Shown in pieces: positions 36,813-46,053 of a stretch of 64,000 nt of DNA (position 1 is the stretch's first letter; every line of letters begins with the position of its first letter). Where the stretch lies: the IMG/VR virus record IMGVR_UViG_3300032167_000069. One strand, given 5' to 3'. The stretch comes from a virus. Lineage: Duplodnaviria; Heunggongvirae; Uroviricota; Caudoviricetes. The notes beneath the pieces are model-generated. The model searched no databases. It had not been told where the DNA came from and was given only the letters and a program-made list of their open reading frames with translations. Made by a program: the position numbers and the translations under genes.

Positions 36813-37703
36813 TTATGTATCAAATCTGTCCTGACGATAGATATCATAAGCCTCATCTTCCATATCCTCAGAACCTCTGTTTTTCCAACCACTACCAACA
36901 TTAGATTTACCCTGCTGGTGTTGGTTTACTTTAGGCTTTTCCTTATCTTTTCCGGTGCTCGGTGTGTTATTTGCAGGCTTTGTACTACCGTTATACCCAC
37001 CATATCCACCGTTATAACCGCCATAGCTTTTTCCACCATAACTATACCCAGTTACAACCGTTGTCTTCTTTTTAACCTGCTCTTTTGCTTCCTCAACAAA
37101 AGCATCAAGGTCGTATCCGTCACCAAGAATGCCATACGAAATATCCTTGTTTTCATACAAAGTGTTGTTCTGGAGATCGTAAATCTTTGTGTTATTCTCC
37201 AGTTTCTTGTTCCAAATCATAAAAATATAATACATATCATCTGTAAGCTGAGCGAGAATGCTCTCCTGATGATTTGTATCAACCGCAGACGGTGTGGTGC
37301 CGAAATTTACGTGGCTATGACCCTGCATAATGATGTGATTAAAACGTTCATCTTCAATGTTGTCCATAATCCATTTAGCATACGCTTCTGTGTCCATTTC
37401 AACCGTAGAGCCCGTTACCGTCTGAGGATACACAACAAGGTCTGAAATAAGGAAGTTTGCACCCTCAATGCGCTCACCGACACCGTGCCAAGCAACCTCT
37501 GAATCAAAAGACATAAGTAATGCAATCATTTTTGAATAAGCTTCCGGTGTAAAGAAGATTGTTGCTTTTTCATCTTCTTTATATGTAAAATTCTTATTGT
37601 AGCTGATTTTTCCATCAGCCATTTTTGTTCCAGCAAGTGTTTTTGCAAACTCTTCAAGTGCCTGTTTCTTTAACTCTTCTGTGAGTTTAATAGGTTTTGC
37701 CAT
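36813..37703 (-). CDS. JAMM/JAB (MPN+) metallopeptidase with a Gly/Tyr-rich C-terminal tail
   Basis: HSHVNFGTTPSAVD carries the HxH...S..D JAMM motif; an upstream E is present. The tail is GYSYGGKSYGGYNGGYGGYNG. Confidence 0.6.
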   Translation of the reverse strand: MAKPIKLTEELKKQALEEFAKTLAGTKMADGKISYNKNFTYKEDEKATIFFTPEAYSKMIALLMSFDSEVAWHGVGERIEGANFLISDLVVYPQTVTGSTVEMDTEAYAKWIMDNIEDERFNHIIMQGHSHVNFGTTPSAVDTNHQESILAQLTDDMYYIFMIWNKKLENNTKIYDLQNNTLYENKDISYGILGDGYDLDAFVEEAKEQVKKKTTVVTGYSYGGKSYGGYNGGYGGYNGSTKPANNTPSTGKDKEKPKVNQHQQGKSNVGSGWKNRGSEDMEDEAYDIYRQDRFDT

Positions 37704-39166
37704 TATTTTTCGACCTCCTGTGCTTCATTTTCCTGTTCCTGACTTAAAAGCCAGTTATATGCTTCTGTAGGCGTGCAAGATGTTCCATCGGGAAGCTGAA
37801 TTACAGCCTTACAACTTGATGTGAACAATCTACCCATAAATGGTGCAACCGTCTGTGAGCCCTCTGACAAATTGAGGTTTTTCGCAGATGATACACACTG
37901 TTCTATAGCAGCGATATAATCGCCTTTTGCTAAAAGCTGGTCTATGAGCGGTCTGTTATTTCCGATACAAGCATGGAAATCAAAATGAGGATTTGTTAAA
38001 TAGTCATTATATTCCATCGGATAATCATATCTCTGTATCGTATCAACTCTACCACGCATATCTAAATCGTAGTACGCACGTACTTTAATCTTTAATAATG
38101 GTTCATCGCCAAAAACAGCATCGAGCAATTTCTTTCGAGCTGCTTCTTCGTAAAAAGCTTCCGCAGAAACATTATAACCAGTAAACAAATAGCTTCTCGA
38201 ATTTTTCGTCATACGCTCGTACATCTCAGGATCATAATTTTCAATAGTTGTACCAACAATGATTTTTATGTGCTGATTGTCAACATATATTGGGTTAATA
38301 TGTCTGTTACAAACAAAGTAATCAACAATTTCCGAATCATTGCCAGCTTCTTTTATCTGATAAGCCAAGCCACTCTCTTTAATACGAAGATTATCCATAT
38401 TTTCAATCATATTCTGATAATCTGCCATTAAACGTTCCATTCTTGACTGCTGATTTGCAATTTCATTCTTTACAACATCCAACTGTCTCTGTTTTGCTCT
38501 GGCTTCAAACCCGCCGAGCAATTTCTGTATCTGTGCAGTTCTGAAGTCATATTTTGATGCAAACTCCTCAATAATTCTCTCATATTCAGGAGCATAACGG
38601 TTGGTGAGTGCTTTTACGAGAGCCTTTTCTTCTTCATTGATAGGATTCTCTGCGAAATACCACGGCACCAACCTTGAGATAAGCGACTGTATAAAGTGCC
38701 AAATTCTTGTATTAAGACACGCAACAAATATTGCGACGCTTTTCTCTTCCTCATTTATATAAAAACGAACATTTGCCTGCTTTGCAACGAATACGTGAAG
38801 GTCTTCCAATTCTGTAAATTTAGGATAGACCTGTGTAAAATGACTTTCAATCTTATTGAAAGATGTAGTAATACTGCTTTCTGTACCATTGAAACCGCAA
38901 ACAAAGATCGTGTTATTGCCTATGCCATCTGACAGAATTCTTACTATATCCTCATCAGAATAATCTCTCAATGAGGAATCTCTGTCATTTCTAACCTTAA
39001 CATTTAATGAAATGTGTTCCTTTTTCTTCATTCTTGGAGCTAACAAAGCTCTGAGTGTCGCAAGAAACGAATTATCACCGTTAAAAGTTGCGCCCACAAT
39101 GTTAGGAAACATTTCGTTTGCAATTTCGTTTGTCAGAGTCAGTCCATATAATTCTTTATTAAACAT
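37703..39166 (-). CDS. Hypothetical 487-aa protein in the Ubl-E1-JAB operon (possible E2-like or accessory; unassigned)
   Basis: ORF translationally coupled to the JAB gene; no motif recognised. Confidence 0.45.
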   Translation of the reverse strand: MFNKELYGLTLTNEIANEMFPNIVGATFNGDNSFLATLRALLAPRMKKKEHISLNVKVRNDRDSSLRDYSDEDIVRILSDGIGNNTIFVCGFNGTESSITTSFNKIESHFTQVYPKFTELEDLHVFVAKQANVRFYINEEEKSVAIFVACLNTRIWHFIQSLISRLVPWYFAENPINEEEKALVKALTNRYAPEYERIIEEFASKYDFRTAQIQKLLGGFEARAKQRQLDVVKNEIANQQSRMERLMADYQNMIENMDNLRIKESGLAYQIKEAGNDSEIVDYFVCNRHINPIYVDNQHIKIIVGTTIENYDPEMYERMTKNSRSYLFTGYNVSAEAFYEEAARKKLLDAVFGDEPLLKIKVRAYYDLDMRGRVDTIQRYDYPMEYNDYLTNPHFDFHACIGNNRPLIDQLLAKGDYIAAIEQCVSSAKNLNLSEGSQTVAPFMGRLFTSSCKAVIQLPDGTSCTPTEAYNWLLSQEQENEAQEVEK

Positions 39167-39280
39167 CGTACTGCCTCCTGCTTATATTTTTTGTCAACCC
39201 CAGATTTTCGGGGTAATAAAAAGCGGATGCCTCTGAGTGAAGCATCCGCCATACCACGAATTATTTATATGTATTGCGAC

Positions 39281-39511
39281 TTACGCAGCGTTGTCAGCCT
39301 TAACAACGTTAAGGAGATAACACTTCTCAGTAATTCCGTGCTGAGCAAAAGTCTTATCGAGATCGCCGGGGTTAAGTGAAGAACCGTCAAGATGCATTAC
39401 ACCACTTGTGTAATCAATGCCGTTATCCTCAAGCACCGCTCTTAAAGTTGTGTTTTCGTCAACAATAACTGCTTCTCTTCTTGTGTTATTACCAATAGTT
39501 ACCTTAATCAT
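39281..39511 (-). CDS. Ubiquitin-like beta-grasp protein (ThiS/MoaD/Ubl-like), 76 aa, with no terminal GG
   Basis: MIKVTIGNNTRREAVIVDENTTLRAVLEDNGI...LDGSSL... has a ThiS/Ubl-like pattern. Its size and its position at the head of the E1/JAB operon agree. Confidence 0.45.
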   Translation of the reverse strand: MIKVTIGNNTRREAVIVDENTTLRAVLEDNGIDYTSGVMHLDGSSLNPGDLDKTFAQHGITEKCYLLNVVKADNAA

Positions 39512-39589
39512 AATAAATCTCCTTTAATTCTTAAAAATTTCTGATTTTACTTTTTCGGCGGGCTCTAAGCCCGCCGATGCCGACCGCAA

Positions 39590-39982
39590 TTACATTACAG
39601 TAATGTTCTCACGTACTTCTGCCTTTTCAGCTTCAACACCTTCAAGTGCATCTTCAAACTGCGCTTCAACCTTATTAAGCTTGATAATCGCATTGCCGAT
39701 TACATCTTCAGCGTATGCTGCTGCGTCTGCTGTGTCTGCGGGAATTCTCATTGTGATAATAGCTTTCTTCTCACCGTTCTTAGAAACGCTTCCGAAGCTT
39801 GCGCCATATCCGTTGATGTTACCCTCGCCTGCTGTTGTGCCAACCTTAAAAACAACTTCTTTGCCGTCTTCGCTGTAAAGGCAAAGTGCCTTCGGGCGAT
39901 GCTTTTCAAGTGTCTTCAAAGTTTCAAGTGTGTGTGCCGATTCGATGACCATAGCGTCACCAGCGATTAAAATTTTTGCCAT
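39590..39982 (-). CDS. Hypothetical protein
   Basis: 130 aa. Confidence 0.4.
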   Translation of the reverse strand: MAKILIAGDAMVIESAHTLETLKTLEKHRPKALCLYSEDGKEVVFKVGTTAGEGNINGYGASFGSVSKNGEKKAIITMRIPADTADAAAYAEDVIGNAIIKLNKVEAQFEDALEGVEAEKAEVRENITVM

Positions 39983-40117
39983 AATAGGCTCCTCCTTTAT
40001 TGAGCTTTCGCTCGTTCATTTATGTATTCCATTAGCTATTCCTTGCGGAATATTGCCCACCCCAAACCACGTGGCGGTTGGAACCATATGGGGCTACCCA
40101 GCTAAATGCTGGGCATA

Positions 40118-40396
40118 TTACATAAAGCAGTTTATGATAGCAGCAATGCCAAACATAATGGTCATTGTAACTGCTGCCGCAAGAGCATAACTGCACATAT
40201 CCTCGCCGTTTTTAATCTTTTTAGTTGAGCCGGAACTAATCATCATACCGCACACCATCGCAATTCCCATTGCGTGTGCAACTGAAATGCTTGGCAATCC
40301 GAGAGGAACCATAAACCACATCCACATCTTAGATGCGTAAAATCCCTGTAAAATACTACCAAGAATTGCTAAAATGAATCCAAGTACATACCACAT
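40118..40396 (-). CDS. Small multi-TM membrane protein
   Basis: 92 aa with three predicted hydrophobic helices. Confidence 0.4.
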   Translation of the reverse strand: MWYVLGFILAILGSILQGFYASKMWMWFMVPLGLPSISVAHAMGIAMVCGMMISSGSTKKIKNGEDMCSYALAAAVTMTIMFGIAAIINCFM

Positions 40397-40401
40397 ATAA
40401 T

Positions 40402-41964
40402 TTACCCCCTCAAAACATCTTCGATTGGCTGGTATCTTTCCGAGTTGATTGTTTCAAGTAAACATTCATACGGGTCTGTCTTTCCGCTCATAACCATTTT
40501 ACAAATATTTACCGAAAATCCACTCACGAGAGCAACGCCCAGCTTGTTACTTCTCACCGGAATTGTTCCCGTTCTTGAATTAACATTCCAGAAAACAAGC
40601 CTTGGCAATTCATAGCCAACCTGCTTATATCTTGCACCAATTACATCGAACAACTTATCGTTTTTAATTGCATAGTCGCAATTATATCTTCCGCCGTGTC
40701 CAACAGTTGCACAACCATCAAATTCCATATCAGAAATAATCAGGATGTTCTTCGGCATATCTTCCTGTGCCATATTGTTATTAACCGCAGTTTTCAAAAT
40801 TAAGTCAAATACTGCTTCGATATTTGTATTGGCAACTTCGTTATGCTGAGCCGCAATAGCCAATTTATCTCTCAGGCTATTAGCGTGTCCAAAGTCAACC
40901 AATTGTGGACGTTCAGAGAAAGTAATATATTTATCTTTTAGGCACCCCGAAGACCTTTCTGCGAAATATACAGCCAAGCTGTTAGCAACTTCAAGAGCCG
41001 TTACATTTGTGCCACCTACTGTTGTTCTCATAGAACCAGAACCATCAGCTACAACAATTGTGTTTCCGCAACCCTCAACCATATCAGGAAGATTGTTCCA
41101 GAGAGCTTCAACAGAAGCATCATAATCCTTTAACTGATTTCCATAGTATCCGTAACTACCAGCATAATACTTGTGAACAATGTCGTGCGGATAAAGTGTT
41201 GCCGCATTGATTTTTGCTTCGCCATTTTCAATTTTGCCGAGAAACTCTCTTCTTCTTTCCTCGTCGTTTCTTAAAAAGGCATTATTATAAATAAGGTTTG
41301 CACGTGACGGAACCGTTTCATAGTTGATTTCGCCCCACTGCTTTGCAGACATCTTAATTTCGACAACATCAATGTGTTTGCGAAGCTTACTCAAAAGCTT
41401 ACGATAGTCAGCCTCTTTGATATCTAAGTGCTTACGAATTATTTTTGAAAGTTTTTTACTTTCCTCTGAAGACGCATTTGCTGACGGAAGCCATTTTGCT
41501 AACAATGAGATTGGCTTGCCATTTTCGCACCCCTCGACGTCAGCTTTAAGCTGTTTCTTTATGTATTCAATAACCGCACCGCAAAGTTTTTCGTTTTCAA
41601 GGAAAACCCACAAATCATCGAATCTTCCGTATTCTGCAACAAGCGGAATAAGCTTTTCGGCAAAATCGGATTCGTATTCAGCAACAAATTTCATCGCCGT
41701 TCTGAACAATCTACGCTCACCCAAACCACCACGGACATCTCTTGCAAAGAAAAGCCATTTCATAGCAAGGATTTTATCCTCAAGAAATGCTGCCGCAAAC
41801 TTCTTTGCAATACCCTCTTCGCTTGCTGAACGCAACGATGCAACCGCAAAATTGATGTCAAGCAAATTCTTGCCGGTTGTTTTATAACCAAGTGCACCGT
41901 TTTCTGTTGTGGATGTGTTGAAATCTTCAAGTGCAGTTTCTTTTAACTTCTCAATAAATGACAT
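40402..41964 (-). CDS. Helical N-domain + C-terminal vWA (MIDAS) protein; Ro60/Rsr-like (TROVE-like + vWA) architecture
   Basis: A C-terminal vWA domain with a MIDAS motif (TIVVADGSGSMRTT ... ILIISDMEFD). An N-terminal helical domain of about 330 aa. Total of 520 aa, matching Ro60/Rsr domain order and size. TROVE identity was not verified. Confidence 0.45.
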   Translation of the reverse strand: MSFIEKLKETALEDFNTSTTENGALGYKTTGKNLLDINFAVASLRSASEEGIAKKFAAAFLEDKILAMKWLFFARDVRGGLGERRLFRTAMKFVAEYESDFAEKLIPLVAEYGRFDDLWVFLENEKLCGAVIEYIKKQLKADVEGCENGKPISLLAKWLPSANASSEESKKLSKIIRKHLDIKEADYRKLLSKLRKHIDVVEIKMSAKQWGEINYETVPSRANLIYNNAFLRNDEERRREFLGKIENGEAKINAATLYPHDIVHKYYAGSYGYYGNQLKDYDASVEALWNNLPDMVEGCGNTIVVADGSGSMRTTVGGTNVTALEVANSLAVYFAERSSGCLKDKYITFSERPQLVDFGHANSLRDKLAIAAQHNEVANTNIEAVFDLILKTAVNNNMAQEDMPKNILIISDMEFDGCATVGHGGRYNCDYAIKNDKLFDVIGARYKQVGYELPRLVFWNVNSRTGTIPVRSNKLGVALVSGFSVNICKMVMSGKTDPYECLLETINSERYQPIEDVLRG

Positions 41965-42076
41965 AAAAAATCCTCCTTTTGATTTATATAAAATCCCAAG
42001 ACGGATTTCTGAATAATAGATTAAAAGTCTACTCCAAAAATGATTGCTGTTACCGTCTTTAGGATTTTTTATTATA

Positions 42077-42224
42077 GGTGGGGATGGTAGGATTTGAACC
42101 TACGAAATCTTCTTGATTTACTGTTTTATGAAAAAGATTGCTGTTGGTGTCAAACTAAACACCTTTCATTAGACAATTTCCTTCAGCCACTTGGATACAT
42201 CCCCAAATATTTAATTATCATCCT
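42077..42224 (-). ncRNA. Oversized tRNA-like ncRNA (about 148 nt) with class-II D-arm, T-arm and acceptor, plus an internal insert carrying the AACAGCAAT motif
   Basis: Acceptor ggggatg/catcccc, D-arm tcc-aagtggctgaa-gga, variable hairpin aaatc-aagaa-gattt, T-arm gtagg-ttcaaat-cctac. The insert contains the ggtgtttagtttgacacc hairpin followed by aacagcaat. Confidence 0.5.
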
Positions 42225-42420
42225 CACAACAAATATGAACCACAAGCTCATTGCCTTGATTTATATCAAACCTGCTGTAATCGAAGATGACTTTCCGGAC
42301 TTTATAACGTTTATTCTCAAAGATTACTGTATCACCAACACTTGGCACTGGATAACTTGACGATGAACTTTTATATCCGCCAATTGCATTTCCTTTGTTA
42401 TAAATCATAATACTAAACAT
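42211..42420 (-). CDS. Small hypothetical protein
   Basis: Starts at the internal Met MFSIMIYNKG... The listed N-terminal extension reads through the tRNA-like gene. Confidence 0.35.
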   Translation of the reverse strand: MFSIMIYNKGNAIGGYKSSSSSYPVPSVGDTVIFENKRYKVRKVIFDYSRFDINQGNELVVHICCEDDN

Positions 42421-42449
42421 CTTCTTGCCTCCTTGAGTTATGATAATTA

Positions 42450-42571
42450 TGGTGAGGGTGGCAGGACTCGAACCTACGACACACGGCTCCCAAAGCATTA
42501 AGAATATTGCTGTAAGCGTTTATCACTAAACACATTCTTATACGTTGCTCTGCCAACTGAGCTACACCCTC
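42450..42571 (-). ncRNA. Oversized tRNA-like ncRNA (122 nt) with the GTGATAAAC...ACAGCAAT insert
   Basis: Acceptor gagggtg/caccctc, canonical D-arm gctcagttggcagagc, T-arm, encoded CCA. A 45-nt structured insert (helix taagaat/attctta; hairpin gttta-gtga-taaac; acagcaat) replaces a normal anticodon arm. Confidence 0.5.
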
Positions 42572-42588
42572 ATATAAAGATGGCATTG

Positions 42589-42701
42589 TGGAAGATTGAG
42601 GAGTTGAACCTCAAAGCTAAAGTTTTTTCAGAACTCTTCTTGTAAAGTTGCTGTATGCGATTGCCATCCATTTCGCTTATGTTGCTGTAACCGACTCTTC
42701 C
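42589..42701 (-). ncRNA. Oversized tRNA-like ncRNA (113 nt) with two ACAGCAAC motifs
   Basis: Acceptor ggaagag/atcttcc, T-arm tgagg-ttcaact-cctca, no encoded CCA. The internal sequence ggttACAGCAACataagcg...catACAGCAAC carries the motif twice. Confidence 0.4.
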
Positions 42702-42793
42702 ATATTTCAAGGCACCCTAAGACTTATGCTTGTCTTAAAAAATTTTTAAAATCTGTAGCATTATATATCTTGCTGTGAGTGCCTTTTCAATGT

Positions 42794-43180
42794 TTACTCA
42801 ATAATTTCCAACTTCATAAAAATATCGCTTGGAACATTACCTTTCCAAACGAACTCATTTTTCAGAATGAAATTGTTATATGCCGAAGCTGTTTTGTTAG
42901 CTCTCATTTTTGCCTGCTCAGCCCACGATTGTTTTTCTTCGCTCTCGGAATTTTTATACTGCTCATATGTAAGTTTATCCGACTCGTATGAAGTAATCAT
43001 TGACCTGCAAGTATCTTCAACCTGCTTAATTGTTTCGTAATTTGTTGCATCATCTGCTTTCTGAACCTGAAAGAAGTATGTGTTAATAACACCTCTACCA
43101 GCAGGTGTTATTGCGAACACTCCAAAACAAATCAGAAGCACACAAAGTATAGCAACAACTATTGTTGATACCTTTCCCAC
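42794..43180 (-). CDS. Membrane-anchored hypothetical protein
   Basis: 128 aa with an N-terminal TM helix. Confidence 0.4.
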   Translation of the reverse strand: MGKVSTIVVAILCVLLICFGVFAITPAGRGVINTYFFQVQKADDATNYETIKQVEDTCRSMITSYESDKLTYEQYKNSESEEKQSWAEQAKMRANKTASAYNNFILKNEFVWKGNVPSDIFMKLEIIE

Positions 43181-43182
43181 TC

Positions 43183-43776
43183 TTATTCACCAACTTTCAA
43201 AATTGGATTGTCTATTTCAAACGGAATGTCGGAATATAAGTATGTCCCCGTCCATTCAACATACTTACCATCGGGCGTAAAGAAGAAAATTCCTGCATCA
43301 TTTTCGCCATAAGAACCGTCAACATCTGCCAACCATTCACTGTAACTTGCTGCATATTCCTCGCTATCAGGTGTAAGATAGCTATTCAAACTACTTACCT
43401 TGCCGTCAACAATAAACTTTTCTACAACAGCACCGCTTGTTGTGAATAATGCAATATAACCCAACGGCTTTTCAATTTCGCACACAAGTGCATTTGCTTT
43501 TTCTCTCTGACCGTTAACCCAATACGCTCTGCGAATTAAGTTGTATCTTTCCAACGAATAGTTGATATCCGTAGGTGTAGGCTGATTAGCCTGCAAATTA
43601 TTTGACACCTGTTTAGTGTTTGCCTGATCGCTGTAGCTTCCGCTCATTTCGCACCCGGCACAAACTCCAACCACTAAAACAAGCGCCAGTACAATTCCTA
43701 AAATCTTTTTCATACTCCAACTTACCGCCTTTCTACATAAAACCCTTATTTTATAAATGGAATTCCTACAAGACAC
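43183..43776 (-). CDS. Lipoprotein / secreted hypothetical protein
   Basis: Signal peptide and Cys-rich lipobox region (LVVGVCAGC). Confidence 0.45.
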   Translation of the reverse strand: MSCRNSIYKIRVLCRKAVSWSMKKILGIVLALVLVVGVCAGCEMSGSYSDQANTKQVSNNLQANQPTPTDINYSLERYNLIRRAYWVNGQREKANALVCEIEKPLGYIALFTTSGAVVEKFIVDGKVSSLNSYLTPDSEEYAASYSEWLADVDGSYGENDAGIFFFTPDGKYVEWTGTYLYSDIPFEIDNPILKVGE

Positions 43777-44167
43777 AAAAAGCTTTTATAATCCCAAATT
43801 ATATGCATTAAATATTGCTGCGTGTGTCTTTAAAAGGTATATATCAATCCGCAAATGCGGTTATTGTTGAATGTTGGGTAAGTTTTTGCTTACCCGACGG
43901 AATTTCACCGTCCCATTACTCTAAAACCCGACCACCCATTACATAATCTACGAAAAGTTATGTAAAATGCCTTTGAGTAAATTGAACTTCACAAAAATTA
44001 GAAACGAGAGGCTAAAAAGTTTCAGAAAGGAGATGCTACTTCTTAGACCAAAAGAAGTATTTGCGCTGTGTTATGCCAAAAACTGACAGCAAAGCAAAAT
44101 CAAAAAATTTGTAAATTTGATAATATGTTTTATTATGTATTTGCTGTAAGCCTCTCTTATATGTTGA

Positions 44168-44286
44168 GCGGCGGGTGAGAATCGAACTCACGACACATAG
44201 TTTGGATTCTTGAAAAAATCGCTGTTAGTGAAGTTTATCACTCCACATTTTTTCGACTATTATTCTACCATCTGAACTACCGCCGC
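44168..44286 (-). ncRNA. Oversized tRNA-like ncRNA (119 nt) with the GTGATAAAC...ACAGCGAT insert
   Basis: Acceptor gcggcgg/ccgccgc, D-arm gttcagatggtagaat, T-arm gtgag-ttcgatt-ctcac. The insert has an 8-bp helix gaaaaaat/attttttc, then hairpin gtggag-tgataaa-cttcac, then aacagcgat. Confidence 0.5.
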
Positions 44287-44290
44287 ATAA

Positions 44291-44409
44291 GGTGCCCAGA
44301 GTTGGACTCGAACCAACGACCACGGAGTTACCAGCTCAATATAAAGTTGCAGTTTAAGGCTTTTTCAAACCTCAATTATTACGTGCTCTACCGACTGAGC
44401 TATCTGGGC
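44291..44409 (-). ncRNA. Oversized tRNA-like ncRNA (119 nt) with the GAAA-tetraloop hairpin plus AACTGCAAC insert
   Basis: Acceptor gcccaga/tctgggc, canonical D-arm gctcagtcggtagagc, T-arm gttgg-ttcgagt-ccaac. The insert is aggttt-gaaa-aagcct followed by aaactgcaac. Confidence 0.5.
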
Positions 44410-44428
44410 AAATTTAATGGTGGCTTTT

Positions 44429-44573
44429 GTGGGACGCCTGAGAGTTGAACTCAGGAGCAATATGTAGCTAATGCCACACATTCTTCATATCTATCTTTAA
44501 ATAAGTTATACTTGTAAGTTTGCTGTTAGTGTTCGCCACCCTATACACCATAAAGCTGTACCCTACCGTCCCA
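44429..44573 (-). ncRNA. Oversized tRNA-like ncRNA (about 145 nt) with the AACAGCAAAC motif
   Basis: Perfect 7-bp terminal stem tgggacg/cgtccca and T-arm cctgag-ttcaact-ctcagg. The D-arm is not canonical. The internal segment contains aacagcaaac. Confidence 0.35.
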
Positions 44574-45096
44574 TATTGATAATTGCAAAGAAGTCGTTTT
44601 CGTCAATCGGAGCGGTATTGAAATCGTCCCACGAATCACCTGACAATGCAGGCAAAGAAAACAAATACCGTATCACATCATCTGGCACCTCTTCTTTTAA
44701 CCAAGAACTTCCGAATTTATAACCGTTATCATATAACAAATCGGCACTTTCAAGAATTTCACAAACTCTTTTGTAGTCGTTTGCGTAATTGGCTATGTTG
44801 TTTTCCCTGAGAAACTCCATTTGTTTAGGTGTGCCAGCCCTTAAATCGTTTAAATGCCATCGTTTCCAAATTTCTTGGATTTTCTTTAAATCCTCACACT
44901 CGAATCCGTCAGATGGAATCAAACTTTCATCCGTTAAATCATCATAAATTTGACCTTGCGAATGCCAATTACCGTGTATTTTTAAAACGCCATTTCTTTG
45001 AAAGACTATCTGAACACGAAACCTACGGCACCCACCCCAACCAATTTGATAGGCTGGACAAATCAAACGCTTCATATCTCTATTTACTTCAAGCAT
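44563..45096 (-). CDS. Hypothetical protein
   Basis: 177 aa. Confidence 0.45.
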   Translation of the reverse strand: MLEVNRDMKRLICPAYQIGWGGCRRFRVQIVFQRNGVLKIHGNWHSQGQIYDDLTDESLIPSDGFECEDLKKIQEIWKRWHLNDLRAGTPKQMEFLRENNIANYANDYKRVCEILESADLLYDNGYKFGSSWLKEEVPDDVIRYLFSLPALSGDSWDDFNTAPIDENDFFAIINMGR

Positions 45097-45213
45097 CAGT
45101 AAACTTTACCATAAGACAATAGAGTTAATTTTTTCGAGTGTTCCACTTTACGAATGAATTTTTCTGCAATGTAATACGAGTAGATAACTTTTTCGACTAT
45201 TGCGCCGGTTGCA

Positions 45214-45759
45214 TTAACCATAAACCTCACCCTCATAGTCTCCGTCCTCCTCGACAATCGTTTCACCACGATCAACAACCAACCCGAAATCGTTATACAA
45301 AACTTCTTCAAAGCTTTCCAGAATCATAGCCACTAATTCTTCATCGTCAAATGCATCTACCGGAATATCAAGAATCACAGTCAAAAACTCTGCTAAAGCT
45401 TCGAGAATTTCATCTTCTCTTTCGTAGTTGATAAGCTCTTCGTTTTCTTCCTCAACCTCAAAGCTTTCGTTCAATCTTTCCGCAGTGCTTTCAAATGTTG
45501 TGTAGAGTTTCCGTGATACAATATCACAATCAGACTTTGATATTGCACACTCTTTCTCAAGCACATCATCCTCAAGCTCTAACGTGAGCTTCGGATATCC
45601 ACTATCCTCTGTTATGCAAACCTGTAACTTGGTTTTATCGTCAAGCTCAACCTCTGCAATAACCTCAACGACTTCTTCGAGGTGCTTCTTGTTTTTCTGA
45701 AAGTAATCCCAAATTTCATCAGGTTTAACATAAATGTTCACTTTATACACCTCACGCAA
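45214..45759 (-). CDS. Highly acidic hypothetical protein
   Basis: 181 aa, E/D-rich. Confidence 0.4.
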   Translation of the reverse strand: MREVYKVNIYVKPDEIWDYFQKNKKHLEEVVEVIAEVELDDKTKLQVCITEDSGYPKLTLELEDDVLEKECAISKSDCDIVSRKLYTTFESTAERLNESFEVEEENEELINYEREDEILEALAEFLTVILDIPVDAFDDEELVAMILESFEEVLYNDFGLVVDRGETIVEEDGDYEGEVYG

Positions 45760-45982
45760 TCGTTAACAAAACCGCAGCCTTTACTGCTTTTAAAGTCCAC
45801 GCAACACTATAAAAAGCGTTTGCACAAATCTTTCCTACAAGGCACTGTCCGTCAACAAACTCTTCTTTCATTTTCTTTGCGGTCATCGCATAAGCTGTAA
45901 CGAAATTAACAATTAACCAAGCGGCAATAACCACAATTTGCAAAACTTTAATCATCATACCATTCTCTCCTTTACTTTCCAT
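45752..45982 (-). CDS. Small membrane protein
   Basis: 76 aa with two hydrophobic helices. Confidence 0.35.
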   Translation of the reverse strand: MESKGENGMMIKVLQIVVIAAWLIVNFVTAYAMTAKKMKEEFVDGQCLVGKICANAFYSVAWTLKAVKAAVLLTIA

Positions 45983-46053
45983 AGGTATTAAATTTTAAGC
46001 ATACAAAAAACACTACCGAAAAGCTCGATAGTGTTTATCATTAAAGTATTAAG

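Noticed and set aside
42211-42498. Full-length 95-aa ORF 42211..42498
   Set aside because: The N-terminal 26 codons read through the tRNA-like gene 42450..42571, so only the internal-Met product (42211..42420) is plausible.
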